From: Reclinomonas americana ATCC 50394
Taxonomy: Eukaryota
DNA length: 64,000 nucleotides
Direction of reading: 5' to 3'
Assembly (NCBI GenBank): GCA_048213135.1
Contig: PS015401.1
Span: 1 to 64,000 of the forward strand
The position numbers were made by a program, and so were the translations under genes. The notes under the pieces were generated by a model. The model made no database searches. It worked only from the letters and a program-made list of their open reading frames with translations, and was not told the origin of the DNA. Below, in pieces: positions 1 through 11,856 of the stretch (within the stretch, counting starts at the first letter, position 1; each line of letters begins with the position of its first letter).

Positions 1-111
1 GAAGCATGCCACAAGCAGTGCACAACACACAATCCGCCAGCCTTGCGGCTTCATTGGCAACCAAAAAAATATCAAACGAATTGGGACACACATACATGCA
101 GGGGACCTAGC

Positions 112-3100
112 TTATGCTGAAGTCGACGGCAACACCGGCGCCGGCTCGGCCTTGTGCGGCTCCAACGTGACCAGCAGATCGCCGGCCGACATTTGATCGC
201 CGGCCTTGGTCACCACGCGCTTGACAATGCCGGAGAACGGTGCACTGACCACGGTCTCCATCTTCATGGCCGACATGACCACCAGCGGCTGGCCCTTGTT
301 GACCTTGCTGCCGACCTCCACGCGGACGGAGAGCACGGAGCCGGGCATTGGGGCGCCGATGCTGCCCAGGTCGTCCTCCACTGCACGCTCGCGGGCCTCG
401 GTCTTGAGTTGCGCCGACTTGTCGGCGACAAACGTCGATCGCGGCTGCCCGTTGACCTCGATGAAGACCTCGCGCTTGCCCTGCGAGTTGAGCTCCGACA
501 CTGCAGTGAGCTTCACATGCAGCGTCTTGCCCTTCTCGATCGGCACGTAGATCTCCTCGCCAATGCTCGGGCCGTTGAGGAAGATGCGAGTCGGCAGCGA
601 CGAAATGTCGCCGTATGTGTTGCGGAACTTGTTGTACTCGTCAAACACCTGCGGNNNNNNNNNNNNNNNNNNNNNNNNNNNNNNNNNNNNNNNNNNNNNN
701 NNNNNNNNNNNNNNNNNNNNNNNNNNNNNNNNNNNNNNNNNNNNNNNNNNNNNNNNNNNNNNNNNNNNNNNNNNNNNNNNNNNNNNNNNNNNNNNNNNNN
801 NNNNNNNNNNNNNNNNNNNNNNNNNNNNNNNNNNNNNNNNNNNNNNNNNNNNNNNNNNNNNNNNNNNNNNNNNNNNNNNNNNNNNNNNNNNNNNNNNNNN
901 NNNNNNNNNNNNNNNNNNNNNNNNNNNNNNNNNNNNNNNNNNNNNNNNNNNNNNNNNNNNNNNNNNNNNNNNNNNNNNNNNNNNNNNNNNNNNNNNNNNN
1001 NNNNNNNNNNNNNNNNNNNNNNNNNNNNNNNNNNNNNNNNNNNNNNNNNNNNNNNNNNNNNNNNNNNNNNNNNNNNNNNNNNNNNNNNNNNNNNNNNNNN
1101 NNNNNNNNNNNNNNNNNNNNNNNNNNNNNNNNNNNNNNNNNNNNNNNNNNNNNNNNNNNNNNNNNNNNNNNNNNNNNNNNNNNNNNNNNNNNNNNNNNNN
1201 NNNNNNNNNNNNNNNNNNNNNNNNNNNNNNNNNNNNNNNNNNNNNNNNNNNNNNNNNNNNNNNNNNNNNNNNNNNNNNNNNNNNNNNNNNNNNNNNNNNN
1301 NNNNNNNNNNNNNNNNNNNNNNNNNNNNNNNNNNNNNNNNNNNNNNNNNNNNNNNNNNNNNNNNNNNNNNNNNNNNNNNNNNNNNNNNNNNNNNNNNNNN
1401 NNNNNNNNNNNNNNNNNNNNNNNNNNNNNNNNNNNNNNNNNNNNNNNNNNNNNNNNNNNNNNNNNNNNNNNNNNNNNNNNNNNNNNNNNNNNNNNNNNNN
1501 NNNNNNNNNNNNNNNNNNNNNNNNNNNNNNNNNNNNNNNNNNNNNNNNNNNNNNNNNNNNNNNNNNNNNNNNNNNNNNNNNNNNNNNNNNNNNNNNNNNN
1601 NNGAGGCCGTTGCGTAGACACCCATGTGTTTTTTGCCGGCGTTTTTTTCACGTACTCACTTGCTGTATGCATGCAGATCCCGAACATTCCGTTCCAGATG
1701 TTGCTGCGTGGCGCCAACGCTGTCGGCTACACGTCGTATCCCGACAATGTAGTCTACAAGTTCTGCGACCTCGCAGTGAAGCACGGCATGGACGTGTTCC
1801 GCGTGTTCGACTCGCTCAACTACATGCCCAACCTGCAACTCGGCATGGACGCTGTGCGCGCTGTTGCGTCACATTGTGCTTGCTTGCCAGCGCGTGTCGT
1901 TTGTAGTAATGAGTTCATTCTCATCGCAACCATGAGTCCAGGCCGGCGGTGTGGTGGAGGCTGCCATCTCGTACAGCGGCGACGTGTCGGATCCCAAGCG
2001 CACCAAGTACAACCTCGACTACTACTTGCGGCTGGCGGAGGACTTGACCAAGCACGGCACTCATGTGCTGTGCATCAAGGACATGGCTGGACTGCTCAAG
2101 CCTTCTGCGGCCACCGTGCTGATTGGCGGTGAGAATGCTTTGCGTGTTTTTGCCCTCACTCGCGTCACTGTCTGCGTCTCACCGCGACGACGCCTGCAGC
2201 ACTCCGCCGTGAGCACCCCGACATTCCGATCCACGTGCACACGCACGACACTGCCGGTGCTGGTGTGGCCGCGATGCTGGCCGCCGCTGCTGCCGGTGCC
2301 GATGTGGTGGATGTGGCTGTTGACTCGATGAGCGGCCTGACGTCGCAGCCGTCCATGGGCGCTGTGGTGGCTTCGCTGCAGAACACGCCGCTGGACACCA
2401 AGGTCGACCTCGACCAGGCCATGGAGCTCTCGAATTACTGGGAGGGTGCGCGCGNNNNNNNNNNNNNNNNNNNNNNNNNNNNNNNNNNNNNNNNNNNNNN
2501 NNNNNNNNNNNNNNNNNNNNNNNNNNNNNNNNNNNNNNNNNNNNNNNNNNNNNNNNNNNNNNNNNNNNNNNNNNNNNNNNNNNNNNNNNNNNNNNNNNNN
2601 NNNNNNNNNNNNNNNNNNNNNNNNNNNNNNNNNNNNNNNNNNNNNNNNNNNNNNNNNNNNNNNNNNNNNNNNNNNNNNNNNNNNNNNNNNNNNNNNNNNN
2701 NNNNNNNNNNNNNNNNNNNNNNNNNNNNNNNNNNNNNNNNNNNNNNNNNNNNNNNNNNNNNNNNNNNNNNNNNNNNNNNNNNNNNNNNNNNNNNNNNNNN
2801 NNNNNNNNNNNNNNNNNNNNNNNNNNNNNNNNNNNNNNNNNNNNNNNNNNNNNNNNNNNNNNNNNNNNNNNNNNNNNNNNNNNNNNNNNNNNNNNNNNNN
2901 NNNNNNNNNNNNNNNNNNNNNNNNNNNNNNNNNNNNNNNNNNNNNNNNNNNNNNNNNNNNNNNNNNNNNNNNNNNNNNNNNNNNNNNNNNNNNNNNNNNN
3001 NNNNNNNNNNNNNNNNNNNNNNNNNNNNNNNNNNNNNNNNNNNNNNNNNNNNNNNNNNNNNNNNNNNNNNNNNNNNNNNNNNNNNNNNNNNNNNNNNNNN

Positions 3101-5871
3101 NNNNNNNNNNNNNNNNNNNNNNNNNNNNNNNNNNNNNNNNNNNNNNNNNNNNNNNNNNNNNNNNNNNNNNNNNNNNNNNNNCCGCAACAGCGCCAGTCGC
3201 TCCCACGGGCACTCACTGAGGAAGCGCAGGGCGACATCAAAAGTAGCACCGCCCCACATCTCCAAGCTGTAGCAGTTGTGCAGCGCTGGTGACACAAGGG
3301 CGATGAGTTGCGGGATGAACTCCCAATCAACAAAGTTCACAACTCACCATGTGCTGTCCACGGTGCCACGGTCAGCAGGTCACGAGTGCGCACACGAGTG
3401 GCCAGCAGCGACTGGAGAGCACGGCTGGTGAGCAGTGCAAGAAGAGAACAATTTGCGTGTGAGTGCGAGACCGCACCTGATGAGCATCGCGGAAGGTGGT
3501 GTCGGTGAGCAGCAGATGCGACGTCTTGCGCACGGCACGAGCGAATCCCTCCGGGCCCTCACGCTCCAGCACCTGCTTGAGGCCGGTCGGCGGCTTATTG
3601 GCAAACGGATCGACAAAGGACGGCAGCACAGGATCGCTCTTGGAGGGCTTCAGATCGGTGCCGAGTGGAGTGGTGACACCATTGACCACCACGTTGGCCA
3701 GGTAGGTCACCAGCTTGTGAGCGCGGTTCTGCGACGTCTTGACGTGCAGCAGCTCCGGCGTCTCGGCAATGAAGCTCGTGTCCACGTGACCCTTGATGAA
3801 CTGCGCGCATGAAAAACTTGTCAGATGCCAAGCAGATGGGCAAAGAAGGGGGAAGGACACGAAGGCGCACAGTGGGGTGGCTGAGCACATTGAGCAGGAA
3901 CGGAATGTTGGTCTTGACGCCACGGATGCGATACTGCACAACAGATGGGATCAGCTCACGCCACCACAAAAAAACAATGTGTCATGTCTTGTGATCACCT
4001 CGACGAGTGCACGATGCAGCTTGGCGGCGGCCATCTCCAGTGTCGACGCATGACTAATGACCTTGCACAGCAGCGAATCGTAGTACGGTGAGATGATCGC
4101 ACCGGCGTAGCCGTTGGAGTCGATGCGGATGCCCATGCCCTCTGCCAGCGCATTGTTAATTGCAACAAGACAAGTATGCGTGAAAAACAGAGAGTGGGGG
4201 ATGCGTACCAGCCGGACGGAACACCTCCAGGCGACCCGTGTCGGGACGGAAATTGGCCTCGGGATCCTCGGTGGTGACGCGCACTTGGATGGCGTGCCCA
4301 TGGAGCGCGACCTTGTCCTGCGTCACCCCAAGCTCGGCCAGTGTGTAGCCCTCGGCGATGCGGATCTGCGTCTGCACAATGTCGATGCCAGTGACTTCCT
4401 CGGTGACCTACACACACACACACACATGCTCCTCAGTGAGTACAGAGACTTGCGAGCGCAAGAGAGCACAATCACAGTCAGCATACCGTGTGCTCGACTT
4501 GGAGTCGGGGGTTCACCTGTGGTGCACAGATCAATACAAACNNNNNNNNNNNNNNNNNNNNGATCAGCATCGATCGCCACCACATGCATGTCAAACAGAC
4601 TGGCAGTGCCAGTGCACGCAACTCACAGCGCCGGTGCGATCCGCGAGGATTTGCACCTCAATGTGGCGCGGGCGCTCAATGAACTTCTCCACAAACATGG
4701 AGCCGTCGCCGAACGCCTGCTTGGCCTCCGAGGATGCACGATTGAATTGCTCCGGCAGCTCCTCCTTGTCGCGCACGACACGCATGCCGCGGCCGCCGCC
4801 ACCCGCAAGCGCCTTGAGCATCACCGGGAAACCAATCTTCTCGGCCAGCGACACAGCCTCGTCTACCGAGGCCACTGCCTTGTTGCTGCCGGGCGACACT
4901 GGAATGCCAGCGGCCTTGGCGGTCTCCTTGGCCACGGTCTTGAAGCCCATCTTCTCGAGAATATCCGGCGGCGGGCCGACAAACGTGACGCCACGACGGC
5001 GGCACTCCTCCGCCATGCGCGGGTTCTCCGACAGGAAGCCGTAGCCGGGATGGATCTGTGCGAAAGTAAAGAGTCAGCTCACAGCGTGGCGCTCACGCAC
5101 AGCTGTGTGACAAAGACGCACCGCCTGGCAGCCAGTGCGCACAGCCACATCGACGATCTGCGACAAGGGATCAGACACTGCGGCTGCTGCACTCTCAAGT
5201 GCAATGCCAGTGACACGCACCTCAGGAATGTTGAGGTAGGCACCGATCGGCGTCTGACCCTTGCCAATCAGATACGACTCATCGGCCTGTGACGAGGGTG
5301 TGTCGATCAGCACCAGCTTTTCGGGACATCTCATGACGGAATGATGAAGAAAGACAAGTGGAGACAGAGAGACAGAGACGCACACTCATACAGAGACACG
5401 CGGTGAGAGCAACGCGCACATAGCGCACGAGCAGAGAACACAGAAAGCGACGCAACACAAAGATTCCCTCTCACTTTTCGAACAGCGCATGATAGTGTGC
5501 CTTTCTCTCTGTGCGTGCGTGTGTCTTGACTGACCTTGGTGCGGTGCATGGTGGTGCTGTCCTCCTGCGAGTACACGCCCACAGTGCGGATGCCGAGCTC
5601 TGCACACGCGCGGAAGATGCGAGTGGCAATCTCACCACTGTTCGTCACAATCGCATCTTAGTAACAGAAAGAGAGCGAGAGAGGCAGCAAGTGTGTGCGT
5701 GTGAGCGAGAGAGTGAGCGCGTGTGTGTGTGACTCACCGATTGGCCACGAGCAGCTTGGTGATTGGGCGGATGACGGCGGGATCGGCGGCCTTGGGCGCG
5801 GTGATGGATCGGCGCTGCTCGCCACCGCGGAGGAGCACATTGGTGCCCGCGCGACGTGCAAGGAGCAGCAT
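112..5871 (-). CDS. PC: Pyruvate carboxylase, mitochondrial (multi-exon, gapped; carboxyltransferase segment 1603-2454 lies inverted on + strand)
   Basis: Biotin carboxylase motifs [37 protein letters not shown] motifs [25 protein letters not shown]-terminal biotinyl domain SAMKMET; Arg/Leu-rich N-terminus MLLLARRAG. Confidence 0.97.
1603..2454 (+). CDS. PC: Internal exons of pyruvate carboxylase on a mis-oriented contig
   Basis: [43 protein letters not shown]; starts GAG GCC, continuing LALLR where the minus-strand contig ends at 3182. Confidence 0.93.
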
Positions 5872-6333
5872 GGAAGGCGGTTCTCCTTATATGTGTGTCT
5901 GTGTGCGCGCGCGCGAAACACAAACGACGGACGGAGTTGAGAGAAGGTGATGATCACCGACCCAACCAACGCCGATCGATGATTGATTGAGTTGTCGGGG
6001 AAATTACGACGCGCATGCCTTTGTTGTTCCGGTTTTCTTCTGTAAAGTGGCCATGATCGTCGCGTGTCTAGCGTGGACATGACATGAGCGATTGAATGCG
6101 CGCTGCTTCTTGGACTGAGTGTCGCTGCAGATTTCCGAGGCGAGAAGCGCGCGAAACGTGACCGTTGCCACGTTACATTGCATTGGTCGCGCACCGAAAA
6201 GAAAGTTGTCGCTGTCCGCGTGAGAGGAGAGAGAGACCTGACAAGGTGTGTGTGTGTGTGTTGCTCGACTTGCCCCCTCTCTCTTCCGTGAGCGCGCTCA
6301 CTGTGTGTGGATGATGGGCAGGCGAGTGGACTG

Positions 6334-7638
6334 ATGAAGCGTGCGCTGATTGTTGTTTTCTTGTTGGTGTGTGTGGCGGTGCTGGTGGCTGCCGCGTCGC
6401 CGGGCCTGCGCGGCAACTTGGCGGCTAGTGATGAGGCAATCGACAGCATGCTAAGCGCGATGCAGGAGGAGTGCGCAGGTGATTTCTCTCTCTCTCTCTC
6501 CCCGCACACATTGAATTTCCGACGCTATTGCGCGCGAAAATGGTTGCGGAGGGCGCGAAAGTGTAAAACAGTAGACTTACGCTGTTTGTTGTTGTCGTCG
6601 TGCTCGTATGCAGACTGCGAGACAGGACCTGAGCCGAGCGACGAGGATTTTGAGAACGGCATCGTTGTGAGCGACGATCCACTGGATGAGGTGCTTGGCG
6701 AAGTGACACCACTGATCACCGCGCCTGGGCCTGTCATCTCTGGCCCCGGCACTCTGTCGGCTGGCACCGCCTCGGCCTCTGGCACCTGCAGCCCGGCGTG
6801 CGACTCGAACCAGTACTGCCTCAAGGGACAATGCATCGACAACACCGTCGTCGAGCAGCTCCTGGCCACCATCGGCAACTTCAGCCCGATTGGCATCTCT
6901 GGCCCCGGCACGCTGTCGGCTGGCACCGCCTCGGCCTCTGGCACCTGCAGCCCGGCGTGCGACTCGAACCAGTACTGCCTGAAGGGTCAGTGCATCGACA
7001 ACACCGTCGTCGAGCAGCTCCTGGCCACCATCNNNNNNNNNNNNNNNNNNNNNNNNNNNNNNNNNNNNNNNNNNNNNNNNNNNNNNNNNNNNNNNNNNNN
7101 NNNNNNNNNNNNNNNNNTGAAGGGTCAATGCATCGACAACACCATGACCAGCACGTTTGCCACGGCCTTTGTGCAGGCGGCGGATCAGAGTTGCGAAACG
7201 ATGATTGGCTGCATTATTCGTGTCTGCACTCTTGTTGGACCTCACTTTCCATGCTGCCTGCAACAGATCAATGCCGCAGCTGCTATTCCAAGTGCGCGGC
7301 CGACGGATATGCTACGATGCAGCAAACGTGCGGCGGCCAGGTCTGTCTGGAGGCTGCTCGCCAGGTTGGCAATTGCATGTTTGGCTGCCGCGACAGCCCT
7401 GCCTGCGGTGGTGCCAATGGTTCCGGCCAGTGCCGCGAATGCCAGCAACAGTGCGCGATTCCGGTACGTGTGTTCAGCTTCGTGCCCTTAACCTGCTTGC
7501 TGCCTGGCCTCACTGTTTCGATTCCAAAAACAGACTGTGTGGTGCTCCACCGTCAAGTGCACCGGCCAGATGTGCGACACCTGCCTGTTCCTGACCAGCA
7601 AGTGCTTCCAGCGCTGTGGAGATGCATGCGTGGCCTAA
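6334..7638 (+). CDS. Secreted cysteine-rich protein with tandem 53-aa repeats
   Basis: Signal peptide MKRALIVVFLLVCVAVLVAAA; three inferred introns; repeat containing CSPACDSNQYCLKGQCIDN; C-terminal CxxCxxxC clusters; TAA at 7636. Confidence 0.75.
6736..7143 (+). repeat. 159-nt coding tandem repeat, at least 3 copies, interrupted by a gap
   Basis: Near-identical units start at 6736 and 6895; part of a further unit at 7118-7143. Confidence 0.9.
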
Positions 7639-8193
7639 ATAATCGTGTTATCAAAGGGCCACGGCGAGGCACTGCCAGTGAACGCATCTGATACATAAAA
7701 GCGTGCGACTCGCATTCATGCATGCAAGTGCAAATTTGAGGTGTTGTGAAGCTCCTTTGCAGCACGGCTGGCTAGTGGCACACAATCGCGTGACAAGCAA
7801 CACCAGCTGGGCAACACCNNNNNNNNNNNNNNNNNNNNNNNNNNNNNNNNNNNNNNNNNNNNNNNNNNNNNNNNNNNNNNNNNNNNNNNNNNNNNNNNNN
7901 NNNNNNNNNNNNNNNNNNNNNNNNNNNNNNNNNNNNNNNNNNNNNNNNNNNNNNNNNNNNNNNNNNNNNNNNNNNNNNNNNNNNNNNNNNNNNNNNNNNN
8001 NNNNNNNNNNNNNNNNNNNNNNNNNNNNNNNNNNNNNNNNNNNNNNNNNNNNNNNNNNNNNNNNNNNNNNNNNNNNNNNNNNNNNNNNNNNNNNNNNNNN
8101 NNNNNNNNNNNNNNNNNNNNNNNNNNNNNNNNNNNNNNNNNNNNNNNNNNNNNNNNNNNNNNNNNNNNNNNNNNNNNNNNNNNCCCGCCTCAC

Positions 8194-8691
8194 CTCATAG
8201 TCAGTGGAGGTGAATCGCGTGGCCAGGGAGACAAGTGGAAGCACAGTGGAAGGCGACGCGCGCAGCACACGCAATGCCGCATCAAACGTCAGAACACCTG
8301 ACATTACCAAATCAGCGATTCGCTTCCTCCCCTCTCCCGCTCTCACTGTCACACAGCACGTACCTCCTGGCAACCACTTTCGCTCTTCCACCTCCTCCTC
8401 CTCTGTGCCATCAATGAGCACACCGGGGGCGGCGGCTGAGGCCACAACGGCGGACAGCGAAGAGGAGGGAAATCCGCTCATCATGCGTCGCGGTGTCATG
8501 ACGTCCACTGGCATTGGCGATGAGCGTGGTGTGGGCACCAGTGAGGACGACGAGTCGCAGCGACCGAGCAGTGGCGGGGTGGGCGGCGGGGTGGGGATGA
8601 GCAGGAAGGAAGACGTGGAACTGTCCATGGAGTCCATGCTGACAGAGTGCGGTATGGTGGCCGCTGGAGGGGGTGGCGGCGGGGGCGGCAT
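8194..8691 (-). CDS. Pro/Ser-rich 5' exon, probably of the SprT-like gene (inverted contig)
   Basis: ORF MPPPPPPP...STDYE ends at a GTGAGG donor at the contig edge; phase 0 matches the acceptor at 9529. Confidence 0.55.
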
Positions 8692-9529
8692 CAGCAAAGT
8701 AAGGCGGTGGGTTGGCGCGCGCGCGCGTGGCGGTCTGTGTTTGTGTTCAGAGTTGATTGACTGAACTACGGTGCTATTTATGGCTCACGCGCTTTGGTGT
8801 TCGATCGCGGCGCGCGCGGGCCGTTTTCGAGGGATGAACGGTTTCNNNNNNNNNNNNNNNNNNNNNNNNNNNNNNNNNNNNNNNNNNNNNNNNNNNNNNN
8901 NNNNNNNNNNNNNNNNNNNNNNNNNNNNNNNNNNNNNNNNNNNNNNNNNNNNNNNNNNNNNNNNNNNNNNNNNNNNNNNNNNNNNNNNNNNNNNNNNNNN
9001 NNNNNNNNNNNNNNNNNNNNNNNNNNNNNNNNNNNNNNNNNNNNNNNNNNNNNNNNNNNNNNNNNNNNNNNNNNNNNNNNNNNNNNNNNNNNNNNNNNNN
9101 NNNNNNNNNNNNNNNNNNNNNNNNNNNNNNNNNNNNNNNNNNNNNNNNNNNNNNNNNNNNNNNNNNNNNNNNNNNNNNNNNNNNNNNNNNNNNNNNNNNN
9201 NNNNNNNNNNNNNNNNNNNNNNNNNNNNNNNNNNNNNNNNNNNNNNNNNNNNNNNNNNNNNNNNNNNNNNNNNNNNNNNNNNNNNNNNNNNNNNNNNNNN
9301 NNNNNNNNNNNNNNNNNNNNNNNNNNNNNNNNNNNNNNNNNNNNNNNNNNNNNNNNNNNNNNNNNNNNNNNNNNNNNNNNNNNNNNNNNNNNNNNNNNNN
9401 NNNNNNNNNNNNNNNNNNNNNNNNNNNNNNNNNNNNNNNNNNNNNNNNNNNNNNNNNNNNNNNNNNNNNNNNNNATGGTGTGCTGTTATCCGCAGCAGGA
9501 ACGGATGACGCTCATCGTTGGGTGTACAG

Positions 9530-10525
9530 GTCGATATGCGACGACAGGCCGTGTACTTTGAGGCGCTCTTCAGGTGTCATGAGTGGCAAGGCAACGGGAA
9601 CATTCCGCTACTCAATGCCCATCACATTGCACTCATCATCCGCCTGTACGATCGTTGCGTGCTACTGCTGCTGCACCGCGAAGAGCGACTGTGTACTGAA
9701 GTCATGCACCACCACACAGGCGAGTTCTTCCACGGCGCCATTGGCGAGCTCTTTGAGAAGCACCAGTGCCAGCTGTTTGTGCACTGTGTGGAGGCCATGC
9801 CGACGCAGGCTGGTCATTACTGCCGCAACGGCCTGGCACATCACATTGCCGTGTGTGCGCCAGTCGTGCTGTCGAGCTTTGACGGCTCGAGCACTGCCAA
9901 TGCGTTCACCACTGCCACCACCACCACTGCTGCCGCCGGTGCTACAGCGTCGCCACTGGTCACTGCTGCTGCGCCTGCGTCGGCGTCACCCGCGGCGTCT
10001 GTGATGAAGCAGCGCATGTGGACGGGCGAGTGTGGCTGCGACGACGATGCAGGCTCCGTCACCATGATGGACGACACCGGCGGCATGTGGGACGACGAGA
10101 CGCCTCGCACGGAGCCGCTGTACGTGTGTGGCCACGCATGCACTAACAGGCTCGAGGCTCTCTTGCTGGTGGTGGAGCACGAACTGGCGCACTTGTTGTG
10201 CCTGTGCAATCACCAGCACGCCGTCGACAATCTGCACGGCCCGGAGTTTGAGGCGGTGGCCTACGCCTTCTTCCGACACTCCAGCTGCACACACCAGCTC
10301 AAGACTGGCTGGGACCTGGCCAGCGCCATGACCTCCTTCCCTCGGCAGTCGCGCCCCGAAACCGTGGTCAGCGTCGTCGCCTACGACTACCAAAGGTGCG
10401 GTGTCCATTCGCTCCGCCACTGTGGTCTGTCCCATCCTCACTGTCTTGTGCAACAGGTACCGCCAACTGGCACCATGAACGTGGCCACCGCTGCCGCACC
10501 GATTTTGTTGTCCATCCCCCTATAG
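9530..10525 (+). CDS. SprT-like HExxH zinc metalloprotease domain protein
   Basis: CTNRLEALLLVVEHELAH followed by HGPEF and FFRHSSCTH; upstream LYDREFFHG after removing in-frame intron 9654-9719; 3' end approximate. Confidence 0.75.
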   Translation, partial: VDMRRQAVYFEALFRCHEWQGNGNIPLLNAHHIALIIRLYDRCVLLLLHREERLCTEVMHHHTGEFFHGAIGELFEKHQCQLFVHCVEAMPTQAGHYCRNGLAHHIAVCAPVVLSSFDGSSTANAFTTATTTTAAAGATASPLVTAAAPASASPAASVMKQRMWTGECGCDDDAGSVTMMDDTGGMWDDETPRTEPLYVCGHACTNRLEALLLVVEHELAHLLCLCNHQHAVDNLHGPEFEAVAYAFFRHSSCTHQLKTGWDLASAMTSFPRQSRPETVVSVVAYDYQRCGVHSLRHCGLSHPHCLVQQVPPTGTMNVATAAAPILLSIPL

Positions 10526-10620
10526 CTACATGTACAGACAGATGTTTTGCTTATGTTTTGTCTCGCTCTGCTGCCTGTCACATGAATACAATGAACAGGC
10601 ATGCGTTGTTTGCACTAATC

Positions 10621-11308
10621 TCATGAGGGCGCTGGCGCGTCGATGTCGAGTCGCTTGCCGTTCAGCATGACAACAACCTCATCGTCCACACGCTGCTCCA
10701 CTTCATCCCGATGGCCCAGCGACAGTGTCCTCCGTTTTCTCCGCGTCGCCGGCGACACTCCCGGCACCAGCTGCTTCGCCACATTGTTCAACTGCACCAC
10801 CGTGTGACACACACACCCAAACATACGTGGCAGGCATACACTGCACGATCACACACCTCAAACGCCGTCATCCGCCCACTCTCCGGCTCCATGGTGACCA
10901 ACACCAGCGGCAGAGTCGATCGCTGCGCGTGCGATCTCGCATCGGCAGTGTACCCGGCCGCACTGACAAACACTCCCAACACCGCCTGCTGCTGCGTGGC
11001 CAGCACGCCCTCCATCTCGCGCAAGTGTTTGGCACCCAACTGTGCGCCTGTGTGACGACACTGCACAAGCACTGGCACGTGATCGTTTGCACACAGATGC
11101 CAGTGGCCGCGCAGATCCACACCACCGTCGTAGGCACCTCCGCAACGTTCGACCTGGAAGCGAAGGCGATGAAGGACCTGTGCGCGCGTGAGAAAGTAAT
11201 GTAGAGAGTGAGGATGATTGCATTCCGCCTTCGTGCCTTTTCTGTGGTTTCCTCGAAGCGGGTGCCGCGGTGCACAAAGGAAAACAGGCGTCGATAGAGC
11301 AGTTGCAT
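10621..11308 (-). CDS. DUF2034/RRG7-like Mrr-type PD-(D/E)xK nuclease-fold protein, possibly mitochondrial
   Basis: RGTRFE, CGGAYDGGVDLRGHW, VLVQCR, LREMEG, GVFVSAAGYT; requires GC-AG intron 11178-11236. Confidence 0.75.
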
Positions 11309-11417
11309 CCTCTTGTCTCTCTCAACACACTCGTCGGAAAAATGATCGACCGCCAATACCTGAGAGACAACTAAACTTAACTCGCTGTGTTCATTTGGAG
11401 TCACCCATCGAGGGAGG

Positions 11418-11831
11418 ATGCCAGGTTGGCATTCCACAGCGGACGCGATCGAATCGACGGTTCTCTGGATCTGCGTGTCTCGTCGCCATCGTCGTCAGTT
11501 TCCTTCTCTCGCGGAGAAGCGGCAGCTCGTGCTGTTTGTTTTTCGGTCAACAGGTTAGCTGTCTCTGCATCCACCATCCACATGCACAGGTAAGCAGAAA
11601 GCACAGTACCTGCGGACGCGGGCGGGGCCGGGGGTGCGGACGGCTCAGCATCTGCAATTCACTGTTGGCGGTAGTGTCTTCACGTTCACACTGCACCAGA
11701 ACTCAAAACCGCACCTTGATCAAAATCCGCTTGCCACGGAGCCGGAGGTGCAGATGGAGGGGGCTGCCCCACCTCTCGCGAGCGAGATTCGTGCGCTTGA
11801 TACTCAATTGAAGGTCGAAGATCGCCTGTGA
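11418..11831 (+). CDS. Possible small hypothetical protein
   Basis: Two-exon model fits between neighbouring genes; no recognisable motif. Confidence 0.25.
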
Positions 11832-11856
11832 CTGTGTGCGTGTAAGAGTGCAAACG

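Noticed and set aside
154-3340. ORFs of 250-500 aa spanning N runs here and at other gaps
   Set aside because: Open only because N codons contain no stops.
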